Part shown: one piece after another, positions 1-10,483 of the stretch
Numbering within the stretch: position 1 is the first letter of the stretch
Layout of the letters: every line of letters starts with the position of its first letter
Assembly (NCBI GenBank): GCA_963792585.1
Contig: CAWBWI010000003.1
Location: forward strand, 288,001 to 352,000
DNA length: 64,000 nucleotides
Direction: 5' to 3'
Origin: Candidatus Eiseniibacteriota bacterium
Lineage (GTDB): Bacteria; Eisenbacteria; RBG-16-71-46; CAIMUX01; VGJL01
Translations under genes and position numbers: made by a program
The notes under the pieces: generated by a model
The model's database searches: none
What the model was told of the DNA's origin: nothing
The model's input: only the letters and a program-made list of their open reading frames with translations

Positions 1-96
1 ACCGCGTACACGGAGCAGTAGGCTCGAGGAACCGGGGCTCACGCCACGGGATCCCGGCACGAGGGGCGGACGCCGAATCCCACTAGCCGCCGGAGG

Positions 97-1323
97 GTGA
101 ACGTGGACCAGCCTGCTCCGAAGGACGGCAGACCCGGCATTTCCACACGAGCCATCCACGATCCCGCCGCCACGGGACCTGCGCCCTTGGGCCATCCGCT
201 CGCGCCGCCCATATATCAGACGAGCACCTTTGAGTTCTCCACTCCCGAGGAGATGATGGCCGTCTTCGCGGGGACGTTGCCTGGCTACGTCTACTCGCGT
301 TACAGCAATCCGACCGTTGCGGCGGTCGAGCGCAAACTCTGCAGACTCGAGGACGGTGCCCGAGCGCTGCTATTCTCTTCCGGGGTGGCGGCGATTCACG
401 CAGCATTCTGGTCGACACTCGCGCCCGGGGACCGGCTCCTCGCCGGTTGCGATCTCTACGGTGGAACGGCTGAAATGCTCGCACACATCTTGCCGAGACA
501 CGGTATCGAAATCGAAAGAGTCGATTTCGGGGACCACGATGCGACCAAGCACGCACTCGATCGGCGGCCCCGCGCCCTCTACCTCGAAACGCCCACGAAT
601 CCACGGATTCGCGTTCTCGACGTGCCGAGGATTGTGGAGCACGCCAGGGCCGTCGGAGCGCTGGTGATCGTGGACAATACCTTCGCGACCCCGGTGTTGC
701 AGAATCCCATTCTATGGGGTGCCGATCTCGTGGTGCACAGCGCGACGAAGTACCTCGGAGGGCACTCAGACATCGTTCTCGGCGCCGCGGTCACGGCCCC
801 GACCGTCGACGCAGATCGGATTGAAGAAGCCCGCCGCAGATTTGGATCGACACCCGATCCGTTTGCCGCGTGGCTCCTCAATCGCGGGCTCATGACTCTG
901 TCGATACGAGTCCACGCCCAAACAGCTTCGGCGGGCCTCCTCGCGAGGAGACTCTCCGAGCATCCGAATGTACAGCACGTTGACTACCCGGGGCTTCCCA
1001 ATGATCCCGACCACGCGCTGGCGACGAGGATCATGCGCGGATACGGGGGAATGCTCGCGTTCGAACTTCGCGGGGGTCTGGAGGCGGCGCAAGAGTTCAT
1101 GTCCGGATTGCGCCTATTCCACCTCGCGAGCAGTCTTGGTGGACCGGAGAGTCTCATTTCACATCCCGCGACGTCCAGCCACGCCATGATCTCGGCAACC
1201 GAACGGGAGGCCTTGGGCATTGACGACGGACTCCTTCGGCTTTCGGTGGGACTGGAAGATGTTGAGGACCTCGCTGACGATCTCGATAGGGCGCTCGCGG
1301 GTGTCGGTAGAGGAGAAAGGTGA
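97..1323 (+). CDS. Cys/Met metabolism PLP-dependent enzyme (methionine gamma-lyase / cystathionine gamma-synthase family)
   Basis: PIYQTSTF, YSRYSNPT, DNTFATP, HSATKYLGGHSD (PLP lysine), SLGGPESL, RLSVGLE motifs. Confidence 0.92.
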   Translation: MNVDQPAPKDGRPGISTRAIHDPAATGPAPLGHPLAPPIYQTSTFEFSTPEEMMAVFAGTLPGYVYSRYSNPTVAAVERKLCRLEDGARALLFSSGVAAIHAAFWSTLAPGDRLLAGCDLYGGTAEMLAHILPRHGIEIERVDFGDHDATKHALDRRPRALYLETPTNPRIRVLDVPRIVEHARAVGALVIVDNTFATPVLQNPILWGADLVVHSATKYLGGHSDIVLGAAVTAPTVDADRIEEARRRFGSTPDPFAAWLLNRGLMTLSIRVHAQTASAGLLARRLSEHPNVQHVDYPGLPNDPDHALATRIMRGYGGMLAFELRGGLEAAQEFMSGLRLFHLASSLGGPESLISHPATSSHAMISATEREALGIDDGLLRLSVGLEDVEDLADDLDRALAGVGRGER

Positions 1324-2222
1324 CGCACCCGCATCATCCCTCGCCCAACCGGCTGCGGTGGGTCCTGTTGATGACGGCGATCCTGATGGTTGTCGAATTC
1401 GCGGGTGGGCTGCTCTCCAATAGCCTGGCGCTCCTGTCCGACTCCGGGCACATGCTTTCGGATGTGACGGCGCTCAGTCTCGCTTGGTTTGCCATCGTAC
1501 AAATGAAACGCCCTCCGGACGATCGTCGCAGCTATGGCTACCATCGACTCGAGGTCGTATCCGCGCTCTTGAACGGCGCGCTTCTCTGCGCGGTCGCTCT
1601 TCTCGTCTGGACGAACGCCTATCGCCGGCTGCACGAGCCACCCGAGATCCGCAGCGGGTTGATGCTCGCCGTCGCGGTTGTGGGCCTGGCGGTCAACGTG
1701 GCCGGTATCGCGCTACTGCGTCGAGAGAGCACGAAGAGCATAGGCGTGCGGGGAGCGTTCCTGCATGTGGTGGGGGATACCGTCGGCAGCGTCGGAGCAA
1801 TCGTCGCTGCGGTCGTCATCCGTGCGACGGGGTGGATGACGATCGACGCGATCGTCAGCTTCGCGATCGGCGGACTGATCGTGTTTTCCGGCAGCCATCT
1901 GATCCGGGAGAGCCTCCACATCCTCCTCGAAGGAGTGCCCAGACACATCCGGCTTCCAGAGGTCGAGCTGGAATTGCAGAAGCTGGACGGGATCGTCGGG
2001 TTGCATGATCTCCACGTGTGGCGAATCGGAAGCAACTTCGATACGCTGACCGTGCACCTTGTGGTGGGGGACATCGAGGAGGGCAACCGGAGAAAGGACG
2101 CGGCGCGCGCGATGCTGCACGAGCGATTCGGGATCGAGCACTGCACGATCGAGGTCGAGGGTCCCGGGGAACACGTCGGGATCGATTGCTCCCGACCTGC
2201 CCGATGGGGAGCGAATGGCTGA
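1320..2222 (+). CDS. Cation diffusion facilitator (CzcD/ZitB-like Zn/Co/Cd exporter)
   Basis: SLALLSDSGHMLSD, SYGYHRLE, AFLHVVGD, LHDLHVW, HCTIEVE; GTGA overlap with the upstream gene. Confidence 0.93.
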   Translation: MTHPHHPSPNRLRWVLLMTAILMVVEFAGGLLSNSLALLSDSGHMLSDVTALSLAWFAIVQMKRPPDDRRSYGYHRLEVVSALLNGALLCAVALLVWTNAYRRLHEPPEIRSGLMLAVAVVGLAVNVAGIALLRRESTKSIGVRGAFLHVVGDTVGSVGAIVAAVVIRATGWMTIDAIVSFAIGGLIVFSGSHLIRESLHILLEGVPRHIRLPEVELELQKLDGIVGLHDLHVWRIGSNFDTLTVHLVVGDIEEGNRRKDAARAMLHERFGIEHCTIEVEGPGEHVGIDCSRPARWGANG

Positions 2223-3204
2223 GCGGCCCGATGCGCGTCCGTTAGTCGGCCTCTCCGATGCGGGCCCCGACGTGCCGGCTCACCGGATCGAGGGAGAGGA
2301 AGCGATCCGGGCGCAACTTGCGGCTGGGTGCCCGATCTGGATCGACGTCGAGGATCCGAGCGACGCCGAAATCGAACAGATCCAGAGAATCTTTCCGTTC
2401 CACCCCCTCGCCGTGGAAGATATCCAGCACGCGATCCAGCGGCCAAAACTCGAGGAGTACGACCGCCACATCTTCGTCGTCGCCTTCGGTTTCCTTGCAG
2501 AGGAGGGGACCCGGTTTGCGACCCTCGAGGTCGACGCATTCCTTGGGGAGGGATACCTCGTCACGTTTCACGAAGGGCCCGTGCCGGCGATCCGCGATGT
2601 CGCCGATCGCTGCTGCAGAGGTCTCCTTGCGTTTGAGAAAGGCACGGATCGTGTCCTCCATGCAATCCTCGATGGATTGATCGACTCCGCTTTCCCAGTC
2701 CTCGACGCGCTCGACCAGAGGACCGAGCAGATAGAGCATCGGATCCTGAAGTCGAACGATGCGGATCTTCTGGGGGAGATCTTCTCGACGAGGAAGGATC
2801 TTCTGGTCTTCCGCAGGATGCTGATGCCCCACCGGGAGGTTCTTGGACACCTCTCGTCGCGCGAGTACCCGTGGGTGACGCCTTCGGTCCGAATGTACTT
2901 CCGTGACGTCTACGACCACGTGATGAGGGTCACCGAGTCCGCGGACAATTTCCGGGAGCTCCTCGACACGGGGGTCGAGACCTATTTGAGCCAGGCTGCG
3001 GAGCGGACCAATCAGGTCATGAAGCTCCTGGCGATTATCGCCACGCTCGGTCTACCGCTCACGGTGCTTACGAGTTTCTACGGAATGAACTTCGAGCACC
3101 TCCCTGGACTGCATCATCCCTCGGGTGTGCTCGTGTTGACCGTGGTGATGCTGGGAATCGAAGCTGCGCTCCTCTTCGTCTTCCGCAGGAAGGGATGGCT
3201 GTGA
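2215..3204 (+). CDS. corA: Magnesium/cobalt transporter CorA
   Basis: HPLAVEDI, QRPKLEEY, YFRDVYDH, YGMNF signature and two C-terminal TM helices; start placed at ATG 2215. Confidence 0.92.
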   Translation: MAERPDARPLVGLSDAGPDVPAHRIEGEEAIRAQLAAGCPIWIDVEDPSDAEIEQIQRIFPFHPLAVEDIQHAIQRPKLEEYDRHIFVVAFGFLAEEGTRFATLEVDAFLGEGYLVTFHEGPVPAIRDVADRCCRGLLAFEKGTDRVLHAILDGLIDSAFPVLDALDQRTEQIEHRILKSNDADLLGEIFSTRKDLLVFRRMLMPHREVLGHLSSREYPWVTPSVRMYFRDVYDHVMRVTESADNFRELLDTGVETYLSQAAERTNQVMKLLAIIATLGLPLTVLTSFYGMNFEHLPGLHHPSGVLVLTVVMLGIEAALLFVFRRKGWL

Positions 3205-5021
3205 AACGAACCGTATTCGAGATCGTCGCGCCGCTGATACTTCTCATCGCTGCGTTTGCGCTCTATGGGGGCGCGATCCCGCATCCGCGTGTCCTGGACG
3301 AGGAGGAACTGGTCTGGGGTAACCCCGCCGTGAACGGACGGAGCCCCGCGCAAGTGCTCGAGGGGCGCTGGCAGGCGGGGGACTATCGGCCCCAGGTGCG
3401 GCCCGTCGCAACCCTCTTCCGCGCGGCGGAGCACCTGTTTCACGACTTCGATCGGGGCAAGTATCAACGGGATCAGATTCTCCTCCACGGAATCGCAGCA
3501 TTCATTGCCTATCTCTTGTTGCGACGCTGGCTCCGATCGCGGACGGCCGGATTCCTTGGGGCCGTGCTCTTCGTGGCGCATCCAGCGGCGGGCCACTCAG
3601 TCCTCTACCTCGGGGGTCTGTCCGAAATCCTCTCCACGATCTTCGGTCTGCTTTGCCTGCTGTCCCTGAGGTCCGACGTGAGGCCGACCCGGGGAAGACT
3701 CGCCGTGGTCGGCGCGTTCGTGTTCCTGGCTATCCTCAGTAAGGAAATCGGTTTTCTGATTCCTCTGATCGCCGGCGGCGTGCTCCTCGCCGCCAGGCCC
3801 GTCGCGACGACAAGGCGGGCTTACGCCATGGCCCTCGGCCTCGGGCTCCTTGCGGCTCTCGTCTATCGAATTGGGGCTCTAGCGGCAGTCCCGGAGATCC
3901 AACGGCGGATCCCCGCGATTGATCCAACCACCGCGCTTTCGTTCTTCCCGCTCATCCTCCAATCAATCGCCGGTATTGCGGTCGAGACGAGCGTGCTCCT
4001 CGCGCCGACCCGGCTAAGTGTCGACTACTCCTGGCTGCTGACCCTGCGTGGTGCGCCGCTGTTCGGGCTCGCCGGAATCGGCCTCTTGATCTTGGTGGGA
4101 GGGGCATTGCTGATTCGCCGTAGCAGAAGACCAGAGACGACCGGGCTGGCGCTTCTCTGTTTGCTGCCGATGCTCGGGGCGGCCCTGCTTCCGGGCGCGC
4201 ACGGTTCGGTCGCGGGGGAGCGGATCCTCTACTTCGGGCTCGCCGGTTGGTGCGGACTTCTCATCCTTCTGGGCCAGGCAATCGCTGCCCGCCGTCCGAC
4301 CCTCGCACCAATCCTCGCCGGGCTCGCCGTCGGGCTTGCGATTCTCGTCGGCGCCCGCTCGTACGTGCGGATTCCCGATTTCGCGAGTGATGAGAAGATC
4401 CTCGCGTCGGCGCGGAGCAGCTATCCCGCCAACCCGCAAATCCTGTATGTGATCGGAAACTCGCGGCTCAGCCTAGGCGACTATGCGGGCGCCAGACCCT
4501 ACTACGAGGAGGCGCTCAAGCTTCGTCCGGACTTTCCCATCTGCTCGCTCAATCTAGCCACGACCTACTTGGGGGAGGAAGCATATGGTCTCGCGCTGCG
4601 GATCCTGGATCCCGTTGCGGCACGCGTGAAGCACGTGCGGTCGCTCCGACAAGTGGATGCAAAGGCACACTATCATGCTGGCCTTGTTCTGATGCAGCAA
4701 TCCCGTTACATGGAGGCCGCCGAGGCGTTCGAACGCACGCTCCTCTTCTATCCGGACCACATCGGGGCGCTCGGGAATCTCGGATTGATCTATGTCAAGT
4801 CGGCGCCCTATTCCGAGCGGGGGATTCGACTCCTGAAGGTGGTCATCCAGCGCGAAACCGATGAGAAGCGCCTTGCGACCCTGCGAAAGGGCCTATCCAT
4901 GGCCGAAGACCTGCTTAATGAGTATGTCCAGCAGCGCGGAGGTCTTCCCTCGAAGCTCGAGCCGGAGGAGAAAGGGCTCTTGGGCGAGCCTTGGAAGAAG
5001 GCCGCGACGGAGGGGATGTAA
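3195..5021 (+). CDS. TMTC-like multi-pass membrane protein with C-terminal TPRs (putative GT-C protein O-glycosyltransferase)
   Basis: N-terminal acidic loop (LDEEE), YRP, LFVAHP, SKE, LSVDY, ERILY motifs, many TM segments, then TPR repeats. Confidence 0.65.
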   Translation: MAVKRTVFEIVAPLILLIAAFALYGGAIPHPRVLDEEELVWGNPAVNGRSPAQVLEGRWQAGDYRPQVRPVATLFRAAEHLFHDFDRGKYQRDQILLHGIAAFIAYLLLRRWLRSRTAGFLGAVLFVAHPAAGHSVLYLGGLSEILSTIFGLLCLLSLRSDVRPTRGRLAVVGAFVFLAILSKEIGFLIPLIAGGVLLAARPVATTRRAYAMALGLGLLAALVYRIGALAAVPEIQRRIPAIDPTTALSFFPLILQSIAGIAVETSVLLAPTRLSVDYSWLLTLRGAPLFGLAGIGLLILVGGALLIRRSRRPETTGLALLCLLPMLGAALLPGAHGSVAGERILYFGLAGWCGLLILLGQAIAARRPTLAPILAGLAVGLAILVGARSYVRIPDFASDEKILASARSSYPANPQILYVIGNSRLSLGDYAGARPYYEEALKLRPDFPICSLNLATTYLGEEAYGLALRILDPVAARVKHVRSLRQVDAKAHYHAGLVLMQQSRYMEAAEAFERTLLFYPDHIGALGNLGLIYVKSAPYSERGIRLLKVVIQRETDEKRLATLRKGLSMAEDLLNEYVQQRGGLPSKLEPEEKGLLGEPWKKAATEGM

Positions 5022-5056
5022 GCGTCCGAGAACCAACGATGCGAAAACGAATCGTG

Positions 5057-6905
5057 TTAGTGATCCACGTTCGAAAGTGCCTGGATACGCGTGATTCCGC
5101 GATGCGCTTCGGTTGCCGCAGGGGTATCGGGCGCCAGGATCGCGATGCGGTTGTACATCGATAGTGCCGACTGCTGGTCCCCTAGAGCCTCCGCGAGGCG
5201 GCCCTTCTTGTACTCGAGATCGGCGAGAGTGGCCAGACGTTGGCGAAACCTCGGCGCCGTCGGCGAAGTCCCGTGCGTCTGGACGAAGCGACCTACCATC
5301 TCGATTCGCTTCAGCGTGTCCGCCAGAGCCTCCATTCGGGCGCCGGCCGCGGCGAGGATCTCGGGATCCCTCGCGCGATCGATCAGCCTCTGCACGACCT
5401 CCGGATCGGCGACCTGCGGGAGTGTCCGCAAGATCTCAGCGCGCCCGCGGACGGCGTCCGTCGAATCGTTGCCGGTCGAAGATCGATCGGTTGTCGGCTC
5501 GGAATCCGCACCGCTCGCGAAGGACGCAAGCCGGGCCAGAGCAAGGTCCGGCCGCCAGCTGCTTCGATAAGCCCGGGCGAGACGGAGGCGGATTCGATTC
5601 GCCTCTGGTCGATCCGGGAAGTTACGGACAAAACCCTCGAGTATCCCCGTGCTCGCCCCGGGTTGTTCGATCGCCTCCAGGTAGCCGGCAAGCAACCCGA
5701 GCCTCAATGCTTCGATCGAGTCACGCGCCGCGATGGCGCGGGCCATGATCTGACGATCCACACGAGCCCTTTCGCCGGCGGCAAGCAAGCTATCGTACTG
5801 GGCCCTTAGAGGTCCGTAGGAACGAAGCAGCGGCGGGCGGCGGCCTGTTCGATCCCCGCGAAAGCGCAGCAGTTTCTCGTGGACCGTGAAGCTGGAACCC
5901 TCAGCGGTGCCCGCATGCAGGGCGAGTTCGAATAGGTAGGAAGCGAGCCGTTCATCCTTGAATGCCGTGGCCGCGGAGGCGAGTCCCTGTTGCACGCCGA
6001 GCCGATAGGCAGCGACCTCGCTTCTAGACGGACCCTCGTCCGATCCAGGACGCACAGCGCGGGCGGAGGCCACGCGGTCTACGAAGTACGGATGGGTCCT
6101 CCAGTAGCCATACTCCCGATCCTCGAAGATTCGATCATGGAGTTTGACCATGAGAGCCTCGCCTGCCTGGCGCGGGTATCCGGCAAGAGCGGCCAATCGT
6201 CTGCCGCCGTCGTCAGCCTCCATTTCGAGCTTCCTGCTGAATCCCCTCAGAAGGAGTTCGTGGAACACGCTTCCGAATACGACCGATCCCTGCAGAACAG
6301 CGTCGGTCGACGACTGCGGGTAGTTGTACGATCCTGGCGACTCGATTACCGGACCCGAGTTCGAAGAAGATGGACCCGCTAGCGAAATAGCGACCATGAG
6401 GGCCGTCTGGAGGAGTGAGAGCAGCCCATCGAGCCGACCTTGGCGGGAAAAATCTTTGTGTGTGACATGGGAGATCTCGTGACCGAGCAGGTGAGCGAGT
6501 TCGGCGTCACTCAGACCGACATCGAGGATCCCCTTCGTAATGAATACCCACCCGCCGGGAAGCGCGAGCGCGTTTGGTTCGTCCATATCGAGGATCTGAA
6601 AGGTAAAGAGCATGTCAGGATGACCGACACCCAGAGCGACCCGGTAGCCGACGTCGTTGATCCTGCGGACAAGGGAGTCTGATTCGATGAGGCCGAAATT
6701 GGCTGCGATCATGCGCGACGCCTCGAGACCGAGAACGAAGTCCGACGGCAGATCGGCGTCGGTGGCGTAGTCAATGGGTCGCTCTCGAGACTGCGCCGCC
6801 ACCCCACCCGCAAACGCCGCGATCGAAACCACGATGCAAAACAGCGCGGGGAGAAGAGAGACGCGGATCGCGACTCCGCGGATGCCGATGCCGGTCCGGG
6901 TCATG
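5057..6905 (-). CDS. M48 family metallopeptidase with C-terminal helical/TPR-like region (in-frame with upstream mscS in this sequence)
   Basis: PNALALPGG, LGHEISH (HExxH), FSRKLEMEAD, THP; signal-peptide-like MTRTGIG...AAFAGGVAAQ after an internal ATG with GGAG upstream. Confidence 0.8.
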
Positions 6906-8002
6906 ACGATCCGCTCCGGTCCGAAATTCGGGGGAGACGTCCGCGCGAAGATCTGTTCGAGTTCAGGCGCGTGAATCGTTCGCGTCGGGAATGGGAGGTC
7001 GATGCCTTCCTTACGGAGGCGGGCGAGGATCCTCTCGCGCAACTCGCTTTGAATCAGGAACTGGTCGGTGAAGGCGCTGACCCGTACGATCAGCAGGAAG
7101 CTCAGCCCGTTCTCGCCGAAGCCGGGACTGAATCGGGCGAGCGGCTCTAAATCCCCGATAAGTCCGGGCACCGCACCGATGGCGCCCCGTGCCTCCTCGA
7201 TGAGGATTCCCATGACTTGGACCGGATCGGCGCCTGTCGCGACGACCACCGGGATCGAACATGACATCGAAGGATCGGGCAGATTGTAGTTCGTCAGGAT
7301 CGATTCGGAGAGCCGCCCGTTCGGCACGATGATCAGGTTGTTTGCGAGCATCTGGATCCGTGTCGCCCGCCAACCGATCTGCTGAATGAAGCCTTCCTCC
7401 CCACTCTCGAGCTTGACATAGTCCCCCACCCGCACCGGTCGATCCGCGAAGAGGTAGACGCCCGCAAAGAAGTTCGACAGCGTGTCCTTGAGCGCGAGAC
7501 CGACCGCGAGGGAGCCGATTCCCAAGCTCGCGATCAACGGCTCGACCGCGATCCCAAGACTCTGGAGGAGCATCACGCCGCCAAGCGAGAGTACGACGAT
7601 CCGTCCGACGACGCGGACCATCACGGACGAGGGGGCGAGCGAGGGAGATTTGACCAGGACATCCTTCGAAATCCCATTGATCGTTCGGAGACCCACCGCC
7701 ACAAGCAGGACGGTGGAGAGGACGATCCAACCCCGATTGAGATAGGGATCCATCTCGCTGGAGAGGGGCAATGCCCGAAGTGCGAGCCAAGCACCGGCCA
7801 GACCGGCGGCGACGCACACGGGCGCACGGACCGCGCGGAGGATCACATCGTCCAATTCCGTTGGGGTTTTCTGCGTCGCCTTCGTGACGAGTTCGATGAC
7901 GAGACGCCCGACCCCGAGGCCGATGCCGCCGAACAACAAGACCACGGCCGGGCCGCCGAGGATCAGGGGAAGGGGGATTTCGATCCCGAACAACTCCGTC
8001 AT
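6902..8002 (-). CDS. mscS: Small-conductance mechanosensitive channel (MscS family)
   Basis: SLGIGSLAVGLALKDTLSNFFAG, RPVRVGDYV, IGWRATRI, IIVPN, IDLPFP; no stop before the M48 domain in this assembly, so the 3' end is approximate. Confidence 0.88.
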
Positions 8003-8017
8003 GGCGTGTTCCTCTTC

Positions 8018-9073
8018 CTACTTCTCTCCGCCGGACGCATCGGAGCCGATCGCCGCGCATGCGGTCGACAGAGAGATCGCTCCGGCCGCATACGCGTCCC
8101 AGTTCTTCCTGTACGATGCGGCACGGGTGGCGTCTGCGGGTAGAGACACGATGCCCTCCCAACCATAGATCTTCGCGAACTCCTTGGAGACCGCATACCG
8201 CAGAAGGGACCGCGAGAGATCCTTCGCAAGGTGGGGTGATTGGGAAGCCTTCACCGATCCCACCAACAACCGTGTCGCAGAGGCAGTGTTCTCTGGGGCA
8301 AGGGCATCGCATGCTTGCAGATATCCGCACAGGAGATCGACCGCCGCTTCCCTCTCGGCGACCGGCTGCGCCCGGGCGACGATGGTGGCAACGCCGCTCC
8401 TCACAACGGGATTCGAATCCGCGGGGGGCCCATCTCCTATCACCACCAGGATCCGTACGCGCGATGTGTCCGGAATGGGAATGACAAGAATCCTGCCGAG
8501 TTCGGCAAGCAGCGCCGACTCGTGAGGCCGGATCGCGCCCGTCACTGCTCCGATCCACGCGTCCACGCGGCGCTCACGCGCGGGCCAGGTCGTCGCGAGG
8601 AAGGACGGGTAATCCTGTTTGTACAAATCCCGCAAAGACACTCGAATTGAATCGGCCCGCGTGCCGCAGAGGGGACGCAACTCCACGGCGATCTGATCCA
8701 ATGCCGCGTCCAGCTCCTCGGGCGTGGTCACGCAGGAGAGTGCCGGATCGAGCCTCCTCCAAAGGAGTCGATCGATCGCCTCACGGTATTTCGGATTCTT
8801 CCGATGGGCGATGAGCACCGTATTCGCCGGAGTCCGGAGCGGGAGGCTCTCGGGAAGCTGTTCGGTCAATAGGGCAAGACGGGCTCCTGCGCTTCGTAGC
8901 GACGCGGATTCTCCGGGTAGGGTGTCGCCGGAACTGAAACCGCGGAGGGCTCCGTAGAAATCGGAAAGCGGCGCCGGACGAAGAACGGGCAACTGCGGGT
9001 CGCCACTTCCCGCTGCTGCCCGCCCGAAGGTCGCGACGGCAATGACCAGCCAGATTGTTAGGGTTCGGCCCAC
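8018..9073 (-). CDS. Hypothetical secreted protein
   Basis: Fills the gap between rocD and mscS on the same strand; signal-peptide-like N-terminus from GTG 9073; no recognised motif. Confidence 0.6.
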   Translation of the reverse strand: MGRTLTIWLVIAVATFGRAAAGSGDPQLPVLRPAPLSDFYGALRGFSSGDTLPGESASLRSAGARLALLTEQLPESLPLRTPANTVLIAHRKNPKYREAIDRLLWRRLDPALSCVTTPEELDAALDQIAVELRPLCGTRADSIRVSLRDLYKQDYPSFLATTWPARERRVDAWIGAVTGAIRPHESALLAELGRILVIPIPDTSRVRILVVIGDGPPADSNPVVRSGVATIVARAQPVAEREAAVDLLCGYLQACDALAPENTASATRLLVGSVKASQSPHLAKDLSRSLLRYAVSKEFAKIYGWEGIVSLPADATRAASYRKNWDAYAAGAISLSTACAAIGSDASGGEK

Positions 9074-9078
9074 TTGCG

Positions 9079-10284
9079 TCAGGCGAGAACTTTCGCCACC
9101 CGCTCGAGCATCCAGTCGATGTCCTCCTTGCGGATTACGAGAGGAGGCGCAAACCTGATGACCTGTTCGTGGGTTTCCTTGCACAGGATCCCGAGATCCC
9201 GCAGCTTCTCGCAGAACGGTCGCGCCGGGCCGGACGCGCGGAGAATCTCGACCCCGATGAGAAGGCCGCGGCCACGGACTTCCTTCACATGAGGCGAGGG
9301 GATTTCCCGTAGCTTCTGGGTGAAGTAGGCGCCGAGCTCAGCGCTTCGATCGACCAGCTTCTCTTCGACGATGACACGCATGGCCGCGCGTGCGACCGCG
9401 CAGCCCAACGGATTCCCGCCGAACGTCGAACCGTGGTCGCCAGGGCGAAAGACCGCCATGACCTCCTTGCTGGCCAGGATGGCGGATACCGGGTAGAGCC
9501 CGCCGCCCAGGGCCTTTCCCAGGATCAAGATGTCGGGATCCTTGATCCCCTCCCACTCACAGCAAAGGAGCCTGCCCGTCCGGCCGAATCCGGTTTGGAT
9601 CTCGTCGTCCATCCAGAGGATTCCGTGTTTGCGGCAGAGGTCATAGGTGCCCCGCAAATATCCGTCGGGGGGCACGAGAACACCCCCCTCGCCCTGGATC
9701 GGCTCGAAGAGAAAACCGACGGTATTGGGGGTAATCGCGTGCTCGAAGGCCTTCAGGTCCCCATAGGGCACCATCACGAAACCCGGGGTGAAGGGGCCAA
9801 AGCCATCACGGTACTGCTCTTCGCTGCTGAAGCCCACGATCGTGGTCGTGCGGCCATGGAAGTTGTTGGAGCAGACGATGATCTCGGCCTGCCCCTCCGG
9901 GACCTTCTTGGCCTTGTAGCCCCACTTGCGGCAGGCTTTGATGGCGGTCTCGACTGCCTCGGCGCCCGTGTTCATGGGCAATGCCGTCTCGAGTCCGCAT
10001 AACTCCGTCAGCTCCTTGAGGAAGGGGCCGAGTTGGTCGTTGTGGAACGCCCGCGAAGTCAAGGTGACCCGCCCGGCCTGCTCGACGAGGGCGGCGATGA
10101 TCTTCGGGTGGCGGTGCCCTTGATTGAGGGCGGAATAGGCCGACAGGCAGTCGAGGAACTTGCGTCCCTCCACGTCATGAACCCAAACCCCTTCCGCCTT
10201 CTCGATCACGACATCCAGCGGGTGGTAGTTGTGCGCTCCGTACGTCTCGGCAAGGTGGATCAGATCTTCTGTCCGCGTCGTCAT
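9079..10284 (-). CDS. rocD: Ornithine--oxo-acid transaminase
   Basis: GAHNYHPL, CLSAYSALNQGH, PMNTGAEAVE, FHGRT, DEIQTG, GKALGGG, HGSTFGGNPL. Confidence 0.95.
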   Translation of the reverse strand: MTTRTEDLIHLAETYGAHNYHPLDVVIEKAEGVWVHDVEGRKFLDCLSAYSALNQGHRHPKIIAALVEQAGRVTLTSRAFHNDQLGPFLKELTELCGLETALPMNTGAEAVETAIKACRKWGYKAKKVPEGQAEIIVCSNNFHGRTTTIVGFSSEEQYRDGFGPFTPGFVMVPYGDLKAFEHAITPNTVGFLFEPIQGEGGVLVPPDGYLRGTYDLCRKHGILWMDDEIQTGFGRTGRLLCCEWEGIKDPDILILGKALGGGLYPVSAILASKEVMAVFRPGDHGSTFGGNPLGCAVARAAMRVIVEEKLVDRSAELGAYFTQKLREIPSPHVKEVRGRGLLIGVEILRASGPARPFCEKLRDLGILCKETHEQVIRFAPPLVIRKEDIDWMLERVAKVLA

Positions 10285-10483
10285 AGAACCCCTCCCCTCC
10301 AGTTTTGGGCCCATACCGAAGCAAGTCTAGCCGGGATCCGGGTGCCCGCGGTACCCCCGATCCACCCTTTCCGGTCCAGGCCCGGCGAGTCGAACCGTGG
10401 GCGACCGACGGCTTCCCGAATCGACCCAGCAAACTCTCTAACCCCTAAAGAAGCGAGCAGGTTCGAGCGATCATTGGAGAAGA

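Noticed and set aside
1..96. Possible SAM riboswitch ahead of the Met/Cys lyase
   Set aside because: No SAM-I core motifs seen; bases 1-21 look like the end of an upstream gene.
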